Of a stretch of DNA of 64,000 nucleotides, positions 1 through 11,100 are shown piece by piece; within the stretch, counting starts at the first letter, position 1, and each line of letters begins with the position of its first letter. This stretch comes from Gemmatales bacterium (GTDB taxonomy: Bacteria; Planctomycetota; Planctomycetia; Gemmatales; HRBIN36): positions 768,001 to 832,000 of the forward strand of contig JBEPZY010000001.1 in NCBI GenBank assembly GCA_041640595.1. The letters are read 5' to 3'. Made by a program: the position numbers and the translations under genes. The notes under the pieces are model-generated. The model saw nothing but the letters and a program-made list of their open reading frames with translations, was not told the origin of the DNA and made no database searches.

Positions 1-2964
1 CTGGCGATTGGGACCCAGGCCAAAATGTTGAACCGTTACCGCCTCCTCGAGGAAACCTTCCGGGAAAGTCCATCGGCCGTTCTGGAAGAGCTGTTGCCTG
101 CGCTGCTGACTCCAGTGGATGACGGCCCAGTAGTGTTGCGCCATTCTCTGAGCGGTGATTGCAGCTGCCAGGCGGTCCGCTGTTAGTCCGGGGTGCAAAC
201 TGGAGAGACTTTCTTCCGTTACCGGCTCACCGAAAGGCGTCGTCAGGAGTTTCTGCAGAATCTCCTTGTCCACCTCGCCGAAAAATTGCCGCACTGCCTG
301 CCGCAGAATTCCTTTCTTGAACCGGCTGGTTCCAGTCTTCGCGTCGAACTCGATGCAGTCGGGATGGCTGTGAATATAGGCCCACAGCACTTCTCCCAGG
401 GTGCGAATCTGCTCCTGAATTCGCAATCGCCGCTCGATAACCGGGTTGACTTCCCAGCGTTGCGGCGGTTTGGGCCGAACCGGTGCCAGCAATACCTGAG
501 CGATTTGCTGCTGCTCCGCCGGCAATACATCCACCGGCTGACGCACAATCTGGTCGAAAGGCAGACCCGGCTGCACGATTTGCACTCTCGGTTTGAGCAA
601 TTCCTCTTGCAGCGTGAAGAAGATTTTCTCTAGGCCTGGCTGCATCTCCTGCAGGGCATAAACAGCCTCATCCACGATGATCACGCCCAGCGCTGCCGGA
701 ACCGGCTTGCCAGCTGTGTCGGTTACCTGGAAGCGAATGCTGGTGGCTTCGCCAGGTCGGAATGTGTCCTTTTCCCGCGCCACTTCAATCTTCAGTTCGT
801 CGCGGGGCTGGACGTAAATGACCCGGCTGTCGCGGATGATTTCCCCATCGGCCAGCATCTGGTATGCGTGTACCTCGAGGCTGCCAAACAGCGCGGGCGG
901 AATGTCCAGCTTGGCGCTGGCCTTTCCGTCCTTAACGTCCAGCCATTGCGACAGCAACACCTGGCCTGATTTGATGATGTCCAGATAAACCGTGGGCAAA
1001 CCGGCGGAACTGCGAATGTCCACGACCATCGTATCACCGGCACGGTAAACGGCTTTGTCAAGCCGCAACAGGACGTTTTCGCCGAATAATTCGCAATTGA
1101 GCTGGGCCGCAGTGTGCGCTCGATGACCCTGTTTATCCTGGGCTTCGGCAACCAGGTCGCAAACCAGTCGCGGCCCCGGAATGGTAATCGTCTGCCCGCC
1201 GAGCAACTCTATTGTCTGTGGCTCAGGCTGACCACCTAGCATGGGCCGAATGCCAGGTCGGCCCGGCCGAATCGGGCGTATGCCGGGACCTATGTCGTCT
1301 GCGAAACCCGGACCCGCAAACGCTTGCCGGAGGTTCTCCTTACGCGGAGTCAGCACAAACTCTGCCAGCCCGGCCGCGTTAGTTTTCAGCACTGCGATCG
1401 GCTCTCCACGTTTGCCCGAAGCCTGCGGTTTCCCCTGGTCGGAACTTTCCCGCTCACCGAACCAGACACGCACGGTGCAATCGGCCGCAGGGCTGCCGTC
1501 AGGATAAACCGCTGCCACGAAAACGCGGTTCTCCATTTCGGGTACCAGCCGGCCACCCTCGGCAATCAAACCAATACGGATCGGCTGATCGCTGACCGGA
1601 TAAGTCCGCGTAATGGTCTCGCTGTGTTCAGCGGTATCCGTTACCGTGACCTCGAACTTAACCAGCGCATTGCCCCTTTGCAGCGGCTGCCCGACAAAGT
1701 AGTCGGGCAACTTGATTTCAAACTTCACATGCCCATTGCTGTCCGTTTTCCCTTCCCAACGGGCAAATTCTTTGAATTCGACGTCGAAGGTACTGGCCGA
1801 GACTTTCACGGTACCGCCAGCCACCGGCTTGCCGAAGAAGTAGTCGCACTGCAACTCGGCTTTGACCGTTTCTTTGGGCAGGTAGAACTTCTTGTCGGTG
1901 GTCAACTCCACCTTGAACTTGGGCAGCACATACTTTTTCACCGTGACCGTCTTCTTGGCTTCGTGCTGACCGAGAGCAGCACGGATCTGGTAATCACCCA
2001 TGTTGACTTCATCGGCCAGCTGGAAATCCACTGAAGCGATGCCATACTCCGAGGTTTTCACCGACCGCTTGAAGACCTTGTTGCCTTTCGGGTCCTGGAT
2101 CTCGAACAGGATTTCACTGTCGGCCACAGGAGTCAAATCGAACGGACGCAGAGCCAGCGCACGCAGGTGAATGATCTGGCCCGGCTGGTACAAAGGTTTG
2201 TCGCTGACGAGGAGAATTTTCGGCTCGGCCTTCACCTGAACCGTCTGTTCCAGCTTTTCTTCGCCCAGTGGGCTGCGCGTGTGGATTTCGACCTTATACT
2301 GCCCAGGCGGCAAATTCGGAACCGGTACGGTCACCATGGCCGAACCTTTGGCGTCGGTGCGACCCTGCTCCAGAGGGATTTTCTTGCCGTCTTTGTCCAC
2401 CAGGCACACTGCAAATTCCGCTCCGCCGAGCGGAACCGTTTCGGTCAACGACTTCGCGCCCTGCACCTGCAGACGAAGCGCCGCCCGGCTACCCGCATGC
2501 CATTCCTTGCTGGCCAGCACCGCCGTCTCGTGAGCCTTGACCAGCAGCACTTTGCTCAGGGGCACCACAATCTGCTCTTTGCCAAACTCGACCCGCAACT
2601 GCAAATCGCTGGCAGCTTGCTGCGGGCGCGGAAACTCGAAGCGGTAGCTTTCGGCCAGGTCGGTTTGTTTGACGGCCAGTTGCTGCGTCGAGAGTACCTG
2701 GTTTGCGGAATCGAGCAAACTCACCTTGAGCGTGCCGGCCAGGGGTGCCTGAACTTTGCCGGCTTGTGGATTCTCAATGGTTACCGCCACCAGCAATTTT
2801 TCGCTCGTTTGAAAGGCCGCTGCACCGTCCACGGAGAGAACTCCTGCTTGCACCGGAGGCGATTGCAGAAGCCAGAAGGCTCCAGCAATTATCAACGCTC
2901 CCATCGCCACTACCATGCCTGCCCGCGCTGCCAGAACCAGCCTGGTCTTTGTAGCGTCGTGCAT
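1..2964 (-). CDS. Alpha-2-macroglobulin/thioester-protein-like secreted protein, N-terminal ~988 aa (runs off the left edge; absent from ORF track)
   Basis: Manual translation of segments from ATG 2964 (AGGAGA RBS at 2971-2976) is open in frame, including at position 1. Signal-like N-terminus (MHDATKTRLVLAARAGMVVAMGALIIAGAFWLL). MG2 motif VSDKPLYQPGQIIHLRAL, then VKKYVLPKFKV, DYFFGKPVAG, LDKAVYRAGD and ALGVIIVDEAVYAL. Confidence 0.88.
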   Translation of the reverse strand, partial: MHDATKTRLVLAARAGMVVAMGALIIAGAFWLLQSPPVQAGVLSVDGAAAFQTSEKLLVAVTIENPQAGKVQAPLAGTLKVSLLDSANQVLSTQQLAVKQTDLAESYRFEFPRPQQAASDLQLRVEFGKEQIVVPLSKVLLVKAHETAVLASKEWHAGSRAALRLQVQGAKSLTETVPLGGAEFAVCLVDKDGKKIPLEQGRTDAKGSAMVTVPVPNLPPGQYKVEIHTRSPLGEEKLEQTVQVKAEPKILLVSDKPLYQPGQIIHLRALALRPFDLTPVADSEILFEIQDPKGNKVFKRSVKTSEYGIASVDFQLADEVNMGDYQIRAALGQHEAKKTVTVKKYVLPKFKVELTTDKKFYLPKETVKAELQCDYFFGKPVAGGTVKVSASTFDVEFKEFARWEGKTDSNGHVKFEIKLPDYFVGQPLQRGNALVKFEVTVTDTAEHSETITRTYPVSDQPIRIGLIAEGGRLVPEMENRVFVAAVYPDGSPAADCTVRVWFGERESSDQGKPQASGKRGEPIAVLKTNAAGLAEFVLTPRKENLRQAFAGPGFADDIGPGIRPIRPGRPGIRPMLGGQPEPQTIELLGGQTITIPGPRLVCDLVAEAQDKQGHRAHTAAQLNCELFGENVLLRLDKAVYRAGDTMVVDIRSSAGLPTVYLDIIKSGQVLLSQWLDVKDGKASAKLDIPPALFGSLEVHAYQMLADGEIIRDSRVIYVQPRDELKIEVAREKDTFRPGEATSIRFQVTDTAGKPVPAALGVIIVDEAVYALQEMQPGLEKIFFTLQEELLKPRVQIVQPGLPFDQIVRQPVDVLPAEQQQIAQVLLAPVRPKPPQRWEVNPVIERRLRIQEQIRTLGEVLWAYIHSHPDCIEFDAKTGTSRFKKGILRQAVRQFFGEVDKEILQKLLTTPFGEPVTEESLSSLHPGLTADRLAAAITAQRMAQHYWAVIHWSQQRRQQLFQNGRWTFPEGFLEEAVTVQHFGLGPNRQ

Positions 2965-3132
2965 AGGTCGTCTCCTCTTATCTCTCGTGGACTTTTCGGT
3001 GATAGAGCCCCTTCGGTGATAGAGCCCCAGTATGTGACGAACGAACCGTCCGATTGGATCGCGTTGGCTTCTGTTTTTTACGAGCCAGCTTCTGCTTATG
3101 TCCGAAACATCCGGGGCAACGAAAATCCACGC

Positions 3133-4200
3133 CTAGGCCGGCACTACTGCCAAGCCTGGTTGCGGCAGAGCCGAGGTTTTTGCTGGTGGTTGTGGCAAAA
3201 ACCAATCTGGTCGGCGTCGAACTAGGCGCACAAAGTCGGCAGTCAATTGAGGGTCAAGTTGTGTTCCGGCAGAGCGTTCCAGTTCGGCACAGGCATCCTG
3301 CCAGTCCAGCGGCATACTGTAGGGGCGAAGGCTGGTGATCGCGTCGAACACATCCAGCACTGCCAGAAGTCGGGCCAGCAGCGGAATGGACTGTCCTGCT
3401 AAACCGTCGGGATAACCGTTACCATCCCACCGTTCGTGATGGTGTCGGATAGCCGCTAATACCAGCGGATGATCCACGACAGGACGAACAATTTGCACGC
3501 TCCAGAGCGGATGCTGTTCAATGGTTCGGCGTTCCGACTCATTCAGAGGGCCAGGTCGGTAAAGCAAGCCCGCGGGGACTCCCATCTTGCCAACATCGTG
3601 GAATCGAGCGGCTAGGTCCAGGGCCAGCTGTTGCGGTGCAGGCAGGCGAAGCAGACGGGCGACCAGGCGAGCAGACCGGCACACCCGCCGGCAATGAGCA
3701 GCCGCTATCGGGTCATGCAGGCTCAACGCGGTTAATAATGATTCGGAAGCACGCAAAATCTTATGCGTCCGTTCCTGAAGGCGTTGCCGCAATTGTTGCT
3801 CCAGCTCGCGGACATGCCGCAACCGTTCCCGTTCTTCGCGTACCAGTTGCACCTGACGCTGCAAGACCGCATGCAGGTCGTCTATGTCCAGCGGTTTGGC
3901 AAAGCAGCGCAGCACGCCCATCCGCATGCAGCGTAACAAAGTCTCACGCTCGGCACTGCCGGTCATCATCAGACACACGGTTTCTGGCCACTCTTGCAAA
4001 ACCTGCTCGACAAACCAGAATCCATCCCGGCCAGGCAGCACAATATCCACCAGGACTATCGGCGTAGGTCGGCGTTGAAAAAGTGCCCAGGCCTCTTCCG
4101 CAGAACGTGCCCCTTGCGCTGGCAAATGCCACAGCTCCAGGAGTTTCCGCAGCAATTCCTGCACACCGGGCTCATCTTCCACCCAAGTGATCCACGCCAT
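3133..4200 (-). CDS. Response regulator with HD-GYP c-di-GMP phosphodiesterase output (RpfG-like)
   Basis: Receiver motifs VEDE, VDIVLPG, MMTG and FAKP. HDVGK and HHERWDGNGYP motifs are intact. GGAGAG precedes ATG 4200; alternative start 4227. Confidence 0.9.
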   Translation of the reverse strand: MAWITWVEDEPGVQELLRKLLELWHLPAQGARSAEEAWALFQRRPTPIVLVDIVLPGRDGFWFVEQVLQEWPETVCLMMTGSAERETLLRCMRMGVLRCFAKPLDIDDLHAVLQRQVQLVREERERLRHVRELEQQLRQRLQERTHKILRASESLLTALSLHDPIAAAHCRRVCRSARLVARLLRLPAPQQLALDLAARFHDVGKMGVPAGLLYRPGPLNESERRTIEQHPLWSVQIVRPVVDHPLVLAAIRHHHERWDGNGYPDGLAGQSIPLLARLLAVLDVFDAITSLRPYSMPLDWQDACAELERSAGTQLDPQLTADFVRLVRRRPDWFLPQPPAKTSALPQPGLAVVPA

Positions 4201-4615
4201 CCCGTCTCTCCCGCTGCTTCGAGACACGAAATCCTTACTTCAACAGCGACTTCCATGCCCTGAACAACCGGAAAATTCACCTGCCATTCCGCTTACAAGC
4301 GTACCGACCGTACCGGATATGCCGTACTTGCGAACCTTTGTTCGGCGGGGACCATACCTGCCGCGTCTCGGCGATCCTCACCAACGTTTGCTGCGAACAG
4401 CTAGACCCGGCGAAATGGAAAAACCGCGACCATGACCAACTTGCTTGGCGCTAACAAAGGCAGAACTGAACTGGCAATGCACCCGGCCGGAACCGCCGTC
4501 ATATCTGGCAACTGTGATAACCGCACAAACCGCAGAACGCCTGAACCTGCGACAACGTTGCCAGCGAACGACGAACTTTGCCGATAAGGCATCAAGACGC
4601 TCGGAGGAATTGCGG

Positions 4616-5377
4616 ATGGACCGTAATACGAAAATGGCAGGGACGGCGCTGGTTTTCTTGCTCCTGGCCACGCTGCAGGGATGTCATTGCTGGGGCTGGT
4701 ACCATTACCACAACTGTTACGTTTACCTCGGCACACCGCCCGGCGCCAAAACGTATGGTCATCCGTGGTTTGCTCCGGGCTGGTACAGCGGTTGGCCCTA
4801 TGGTTACACTTCCCCCGCTTTCGGATACCCAATGGGCGTTAGTTACTCGCCAATTTTTGCGGAAGCAGAAGCCGTCGGGCAGCCATCGGTTACGGAAATT
4901 GCCCCCATGCCGCGCGCCTATCCTGAAGGTAGCCAGCCGGACTTGCTATTACCGCCACCGCGACCGGCAGCACCTCCGGCAGAAAAACCCGTTTCCCCCG
5001 AGCCATCCCGAACTGCGCCTGGCTCCGGTTTGCAGTTGCGCTTCACCGGGCCGCAACAAACTACCCTGTCTGAGAACATAACCTGCACGCTGACATTGCA
5101 CAACGCCGGCGACTCCGCACTTGACGACTTGGAACTGGTCCTGCACCTGCCGAAAGTAATCCAGTTGGTCAGTAGCAGCCCAGCAACGCAGGTTCGCGGC
5201 AACGAGGCAGTGTGGAAATTCGCCCGACTTGTGCCCGGCCAGACCGAGACAGTAACGCTCACTTTGCGGCCCGTGCACACCGCCAACCAGGCCATCTGCC
5301 ACGCCAGCGTTCTAGCCCGCGATGGTACCGGCGCTGCAACCGTTCACGCCATCCGTATCCTCCCATCGGATCGTTGA
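4616..5377 (+). CDS. Putative lipoprotein with Pro-rich linker and C-terminal DUF11-like Ig-fold domain
   Basis: GGAGGA RBS before ATG 4616. Lipobox-like LLLATLQGC, aromatic/Gly-rich stretch, Pro-rich linker, then TLTLHNAGD...LP...SSSP...WKFARLVPGQTETVTLTL typical of DUF11. Confidence 0.7.
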   Translation: MDRNTKMAGTALVFLLLATLQGCHCWGWYHYHNCYVYLGTPPGAKTYGHPWFAPGWYSGWPYGYTSPAFGYPMGVSYSPIFAEAEAVGQPSVTEIAPMPRAYPEGSQPDLLLPPPRPAAPPAEKPVSPEPSRTAPGSGLQLRFTGPQQTTLSENITCTLTLHNAGDSALDDLELVLHLPKVIQLVSSSPATQVRGNEAVWKFARLVPGQTETVTLTLRPVHTANQAICHASVLARDGTGAATVHAIRILPSDR

Positions 5378-5903
5378 TAGCGCGTTTTATCGACAAATCT
5401 ACAATGAGCTCCCCTGAACCGACTTCAAAATTGCAGCCAAAGTTTCGCACTGTAGCTATGGGTTCCCGGCAGACCGCCAATAGGGCACAGTCGCGCAAGA
5501 CCAGAGCGATTTACGTCCCCGCACTCCAGGTTTGACCGCGCTACCGACACGTGAGAAGTCATGTTTCAGAGCAGTTCCGACGCAGAGCAGACGTCGCTGC
5601 CGCACCAATCTGCGGTCCAGCCTTCGTTAGCGAAAACATGTTCGCCGAGACCGCACGCAATGGCGACGTGGCCGGTAAAAACGCAGACTTGCGAAAGCAC
5701 TGGCCCAGTCGAGAATGGAACCTGCGGCCCGTACGCCCGAAACGAGTTTGTAGAACTTGGGTCGCGCCTGCAAGAGTCCGCCAATAGACCAAATTGGCAA
5801 ATAATTCGGCAGCGCCAACAGCGTATGTTGCTTGAAGACGGAAGCAAAAGGGCAACCAACGGCCGGCCGCTGGTTGCCCCTGGCTTACGTGAGTCTCGGC
5901 GAG

Positions 5904-7676
5904 TTATTCAGCCAGCTCCATACGGCGATACATCGGCAGGTGGCGGTAGTAAACTTCGAGCGTGAGAATGCACAAGCTGGTGGAGTAAATGCGCCCGGCC
6001 CGTGGACCGTAATCGAAATATTCAGCGGCCCAGGAACCGTAGGAGCAAGCAGATGGGTCAGACTTATCCTGCAGTTTGACCAGCAGGTCGCGCATATTGG
6101 GGTTCCACTCGTCGAAATACTTGCCCTCCATGTGATGCATCACCTGCGTGGCGTAGTACCAGCCGTACAGATTCAGGCCTCTGGGATTACTGACTTTGTC
6201 TTTGTCCGGCGGTCGGAAACGTTCCAACAGGTATGTGCAGCCGGCATGCAGATCGGGCACCAGCGGCCCCCAGCCGAGGTACTGCCGACACAGCAACCCG
6301 ACGGACGTCAGCACCGGGGTTCCGCCGCTACCAGGAGTGTAGCCATACAAGGCCTTCGCATACTCTTTGTCGCCAATCTTAGCTTTGGCAGACACCTGAT
6401 CGAGGAATCGGCGAGCACCATCGAGAGCGGAGCTGGGCACGTTCAGGCCGGCCATCTGCCCGCTGCGCAGGGCCATGATGACCCAGCCGCTGACTGAAGT
6501 ATCCCCCGGATCGCGCTCGCCGTAACGCCAGCCACCGGTCACGGGATGCTGGATGTTCACCAGATAATTCAGCGCTCGTTGCGCTGGCCCCTGCAAACGT
6601 GGATCACGTGTCATGCCGTAGGCTTCGCACAGGGCAATCGTGGCGATGGCGGTCTCGTAGGTGGTTCCCTTGCCTATTTTCCCACGTTGATCCTGCTGCT
6701 GGATCAGGAACATCAACCCCCGCAAGACATTGTTGCGATAGGGCGAATTTTTGGCCACATTGTTTGCCCCTTCCGGAGCCATGTGGGCGTGACCAGCTCC
6801 CAAGAAGGCCAGCAGGGCGAATCCCGTCATTGCGACGTCATGGGCACCAACGTTCTGTTCGGACTGATTTCGGCAACGGCAGCCCGGCTTGGCCAGATGG
6901 TATTTGTCGCCCGACCATCGCCCATCTGGCGACTGGTGCCGCGCCAACCATGCCAGACCACGCGCGACGGCGGCTTCCGACTCCTCGGTGGCGCCCATTC
7001 TCTTGATCAGGTTCAAGTCTCTACCGCCTCGCAAACCGATGCCGCCTCCTTGACGCGAACCGCCTCCGCCTCCACCGAGCAGACCCAGACCCAGTCCCGA
7101 TGGCAAAGCACCGCCTTCGCCCACTGCTCCGTAAGCTCGCCGCGCATCATCGGTGTGCAGCAGGAAACCGCCCAATCCTTCTGGACCCGCCATTCCAGGC
7201 CCTTGGACACCACCTTCGTTGCCCGAACCTATGCCGGCTGGAAGGTTCTGCTGCAACTTGGACGGATCAACTTCCAGACCAGCATTTTCGGGAACATCGG
7301 TCGGATTCTCCGATGGCAACGATAACTCCGGCGCTGCGGTGACATCAGGGGCATTATCCATGAGGTCATCGGCAAACGGATTGATGGGCATATTCTCTGG
7401 GTCATCCGGCATAATATCGCTCTTCGTTTCTTCGTTAGTCAACTCAGTGAGCGTTCGTTCACCGGAACTGTTTTGCCCTTGCGTCCAGGCGTTGAACAAC
7501 AGCAGGGCCACCAGGACGGAAACATTGAACACAACGCTGATCAGCATGGCCGGGATGAGTCGCAATAAATCACGCCAGGTCAAACGGGTATCGGCGAGTT
7601 CACTGAGCGGCACAAACCCCCGCAGCACCCGCACCCCTTGCGTTGTTTTGCCGGTCGGCTTCGCCCCTGCAGACAT
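5904..7676 (-). CDS. Membrane-anchored prenyltransferase/squalene-oxidase-repeat (alpha/alpha barrel) protein
   Basis: AAGGAGG RBS before ATG 7676. N-terminal TM helix, acidic and Gly-rich linker, then repeats GLAWLARHQSPDGRW, QHPVTGGWRY, DTSVSGW, YGWYYATQ and YSTSLCILTLEVYYRHLP, typical of the planctomycete family. Confidence 0.85.
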   Translation of the reverse strand: MSAGAKPTGKTTQGVRVLRGFVPLSELADTRLTWRDLLRLIPAMLISVVFNVSVLVALLLFNAWTQGQNSSGERTLTELTNEETKSDIMPDDPENMPINPFADDLMDNAPDVTAAPELSLPSENPTDVPENAGLEVDPSKLQQNLPAGIGSGNEGGVQGPGMAGPEGLGGFLLHTDDARRAYGAVGEGGALPSGLGLGLLGGGGGGSRQGGGIGLRGGRDLNLIKRMGATEESEAAVARGLAWLARHQSPDGRWSGDKYHLAKPGCRCRNQSEQNVGAHDVAMTGFALLAFLGAGHAHMAPEGANNVAKNSPYRNNVLRGLMFLIQQQDQRGKIGKGTTYETAIATIALCEAYGMTRDPRLQGPAQRALNYLVNIQHPVTGGWRYGERDPGDTSVSGWVIMALRSGQMAGLNVPSSALDGARRFLDQVSAKAKIGDKEYAKALYGYTPGSGGTPVLTSVGLLCRQYLGWGPLVPDLHAGCTYLLERFRPPDKDKVSNPRGLNLYGWYYATQVMHHMEGKYFDEWNPNMRDLLVKLQDKSDPSACSYGSWAAEYFDYGPRAGRIYSTSLCILTLEVYYRHLPMYRRMELAE

Positions 7677-8122
7677 GTATCGTCCCTCCTTCAACGTGTT
7701 TCTTGACCAGCACCGAGCTTAGCGCTGGCAGCCATCCCTCGATAATTTACACCCGAGCTATTGGTTTTACACTTTTGACGCTGGTTTCCGGCAGAAAGTT
7801 CCCTGATGAAAGTTTAGCTAAAGACCGGCGACGCCGGCAAGTATCACTTCGCTATTTCTCAGAATAATCCCTTGCGGCCGTCCATGCCGCGACAATTGCC
7901 TCGACCCATGCGGCGTTTGCAGCGTAGGCGTTTATGCCGTAACCGGCTAAAATTGGCAGCAAATGCCAGGTAACCGTCATGCTGCCCAGGCATTTTTTTC
8001 GGCCCTTCCCAGGCCAGCCAACCCCGGCCATCCGAATATATCCCGGCGGTAGGAAGGAACCGAAACCCGCTCCCCCGTCAAATCGCCGGGAGCTTCTAAA
8101 CCTGCCTCAGCGGAGGGCGCAG

Positions 8123-11100
8123 ATGAACCGGTCACACGAAAGCAAGGGCGGTGGATGTTCCCGTTGTCTCGGCCAGAAAATCGCCGCATCAATCGGCTTT
8201 GGCGTTCTTGGCGGTGGATGGTTACTGGTGATGGCGTGGATAAGTCTAACTGACACAGCCGGTGGGCAGGCAACCGATAAGGCTCCAGCTGCCGGAGACC
8301 TGCCGGGCATCGTCTTCGTTGCCGCTCCGGTCTTTGATGAGGCGACCGATGTGCAGGAAGGCTACGTAGGCAGTTATCACTGGCGAGACGGTTACCTCTA
8401 CCCGCGAGCGGCCACCTATCATCGCAAAGAACGCACCACCGGCCCGATGCGTCTGGGGAAAAATCTCTATCTGCTGACACCGGCCCGACCGGATGGCCAG
8501 TTACGCCAGCTGACGTTTCTGCAAACTGAAGGGGCAGTTTATAAACCGGAACCTTCCTACGACGGTCGCAAAATCCTGTTCAGCATGCGTAAAGATGGCG
8601 AAGATTGGTTCCATCTATACGAAATGGACGTGGAGAGCGGTAAGGTTCGCCAGCTGACGGATGGGCCGTTTAACGATTTCGCTGGTTGTTACCTCCCTGA
8701 TGGACGAATTGTTTTCGTCTCCGACCGCACCGGGTTTTTGGAGGAGTACCACGAAGAGCGGACGGAATGCTTGTTCGTCATGAATCCCGATGGAACGGGA
8801 ATCCACCAGATCACCTTCAACCCAGGAACCTATTTCGAGCCGTCCGTTCTGCGCGATGGACGGATTATATGTGCCTTCTGGGATGCGTTTCACCTGAACG
8901 TTCCGCCGCTCGATAAACACGAAACGGTGCTGGTTACGCTCAATCCCGATGGCACGGATGAACGGCATTATTTCGGAGCAGGGCAATATCGCTTTTTCGG
9001 ACGGGAACGGCATAGCGGTGTATCGTTTACGACACCCCGGGAAATGCCCGATGGCCGCATCCTGGTGCAATGCGAACTGGGCCCGGCGATTGTGGATATT
9101 CGAGCCGGCCAGCATCCCCGTGATGCGCTGGTGCCGATCTTTCCAGGAGCGACTTCGATCCAAATTGGCGGTACCACGCATCGCGTCCATCTATCGCCGT
9201 TGGGCACGCGGAGCACCGCCTATCCATTGCCCGACGGTCGCATTTTATATTCGGCCACGAAACCCGGCGCCCGCGACAGTGCCATCTACATAACCGACCC
9301 GTTCACGCGCGAGGAAAGGTTGATTTACGACATCCCCAATTATGCCGAGTTCGACCCCGTGCCGGTTCGGATGCCGCGACCGTTGCCGCGACGCTTACCC
9401 CAGCAGATCAAGCATCCCGAAGTGTATGCGTCGGGTCTGGGGCAGCTAGAAGAATTGCCGTCACCGAGTCGCACAGGGCCAACGCAGGAATCAGCGTCTC
9501 CGACACCGACGCCGGGCTGGTCGCGGTTTGTGGTCGTAGCAGGGCGGGAGTCGGATTTTCCCGAACGCACTGCCGCACTGAGCCGTGCTCGTTATCTGCG
9601 TGTGATGGAGGCGGAGTACACGGCAGTTACGACCAGCAGCCATACCAATCTCGAAACGCGGATTCTTGGGGTGGTGCCGATCCACGAAGACGGCTCAGCT
9701 TACTTTGAAGTGCCTGCCGATACCCCGATCTTTCTCGACGTGCTGGACGCAGCCGGCCAACGAGTGCTGCACGCCTGGCCACTTGCTAACACTTCCATCG
9801 AGCGCGGTCGGCCAGTCAGCCTGACGCAGATCGCTTACATGAGCGCTCGCAGCGGGGAAGTTCGCTCCTGCTACGGTTGCCATGCACCGCAGCAGGTGGC
9901 CGCGCCCAACGTTTCTCTCGAAGCTCTGCGACATCCTCCAGTGCGTATCGGTCGCCATGTTGCGAACCTGCAATATCGCCGCAATGAGCCGGACTATTAC
10001 CGTCGGCAAGCGATAGTCGGCAGCGGCCAAGCGGAAATGTACCGCCGCTGGTTGGACAGTCGCGATCCCTGGGTCCGAGCTCGCGGTTGCGAAATGCTGG
10101 CATATCTCGAGGATGAAGCCACCGCGGCCCTGCTGAAAATTGTCGAATTGACCCGCGATCCCGATGTGCACGTGCGACGAAACGCTGCCTGGGCCCTGTG
10201 TGTGCTGGGCAGAACCGAGCACGTACCCCTGTTACGCGAACTGGCCGAGCGCGATCGTGACGAGCTGGTGCGCTTCCATGCCCGTTCGGCATTGCAGGTA
10301 CTCGACCAGCCTGCCGACCCGGAACTCGTCATGGAAAGGCTGGGCCGACTCAGTCAGATTAGCCCCGATGACTTACAGCGAATCCGTGCGACACTGCGGC
10401 AAAGTTTACCGCCACTGTCGGCTCTACGTGCGGCCGGGCGATGCCGCGATCGCGAAGCGGTAGCGTTGCTGGTACCCTGGCTGGATCGGGCGGAAATGGA
10501 GGCTTATGCGAAAGAAGCCGCCCGGGCCTTGGGCCGAATTGGCAGTCCCGAAGCCGTGCAGGCGTTGTGGCACGCGTTGCGTCGTCACGTACCGAACAAA
10601 CGCGTTTTCAACGTGCGGTATTTCCAGCACGGTCCCCGACCGGAGGAATATGCGATTCTGGAGGGACTGGTGCTGGCCGGTGCCCGTCCTGAGCCTGAAG
10701 ACATCCCATTGCTGATCGCGCTTTTGCCCAATGCTTTCATGGAGAAGCCACGCTTTGAAGACCGGTTCCGCAGCGAAACTGCCCGCGTAGTTTGGCCAAG
10801 AGTGTTGCTTGAGCGAGGCGGTTACCGCAAGCCGATCGTGCGGATGCTTTGCCAGACCTTGCAGCACAACTCACCGGCTGAGACTACCGGGCGTCCCGAA
10901 ACCGTGTCTCAACCAAAATTCTCCGAAGCAGAGTCCCAGCAGCTTTACCAGGCGGTCTTGCAGGGGATCAACTTAGAACGGCCGTTCCAGGAGCACGGCC
11001 GACCATTCCCGGTCATTCCTGCCGTCGGGGCAGAAGAAGCATTATGGCTTTTGACCTGCCTGGCCCAACCCGGCGAGGTACCGGAAGAAATTATCGTGCC

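Noticed and set aside
193..3225. Long + strand ORFs (193..633, 1324..2034, 2167..3225)
   Set aside because: They are antisense shadows of the minus-strand macroglobulin-like gene, which carries the recognisable motifs and an RBS.
5378..5903. Short ORFs in the 525-nt gap between convergent genes
   Set aside because: Several overlapping 60-130-aa ORFs on both strands have no RBS, motif or compositional support.
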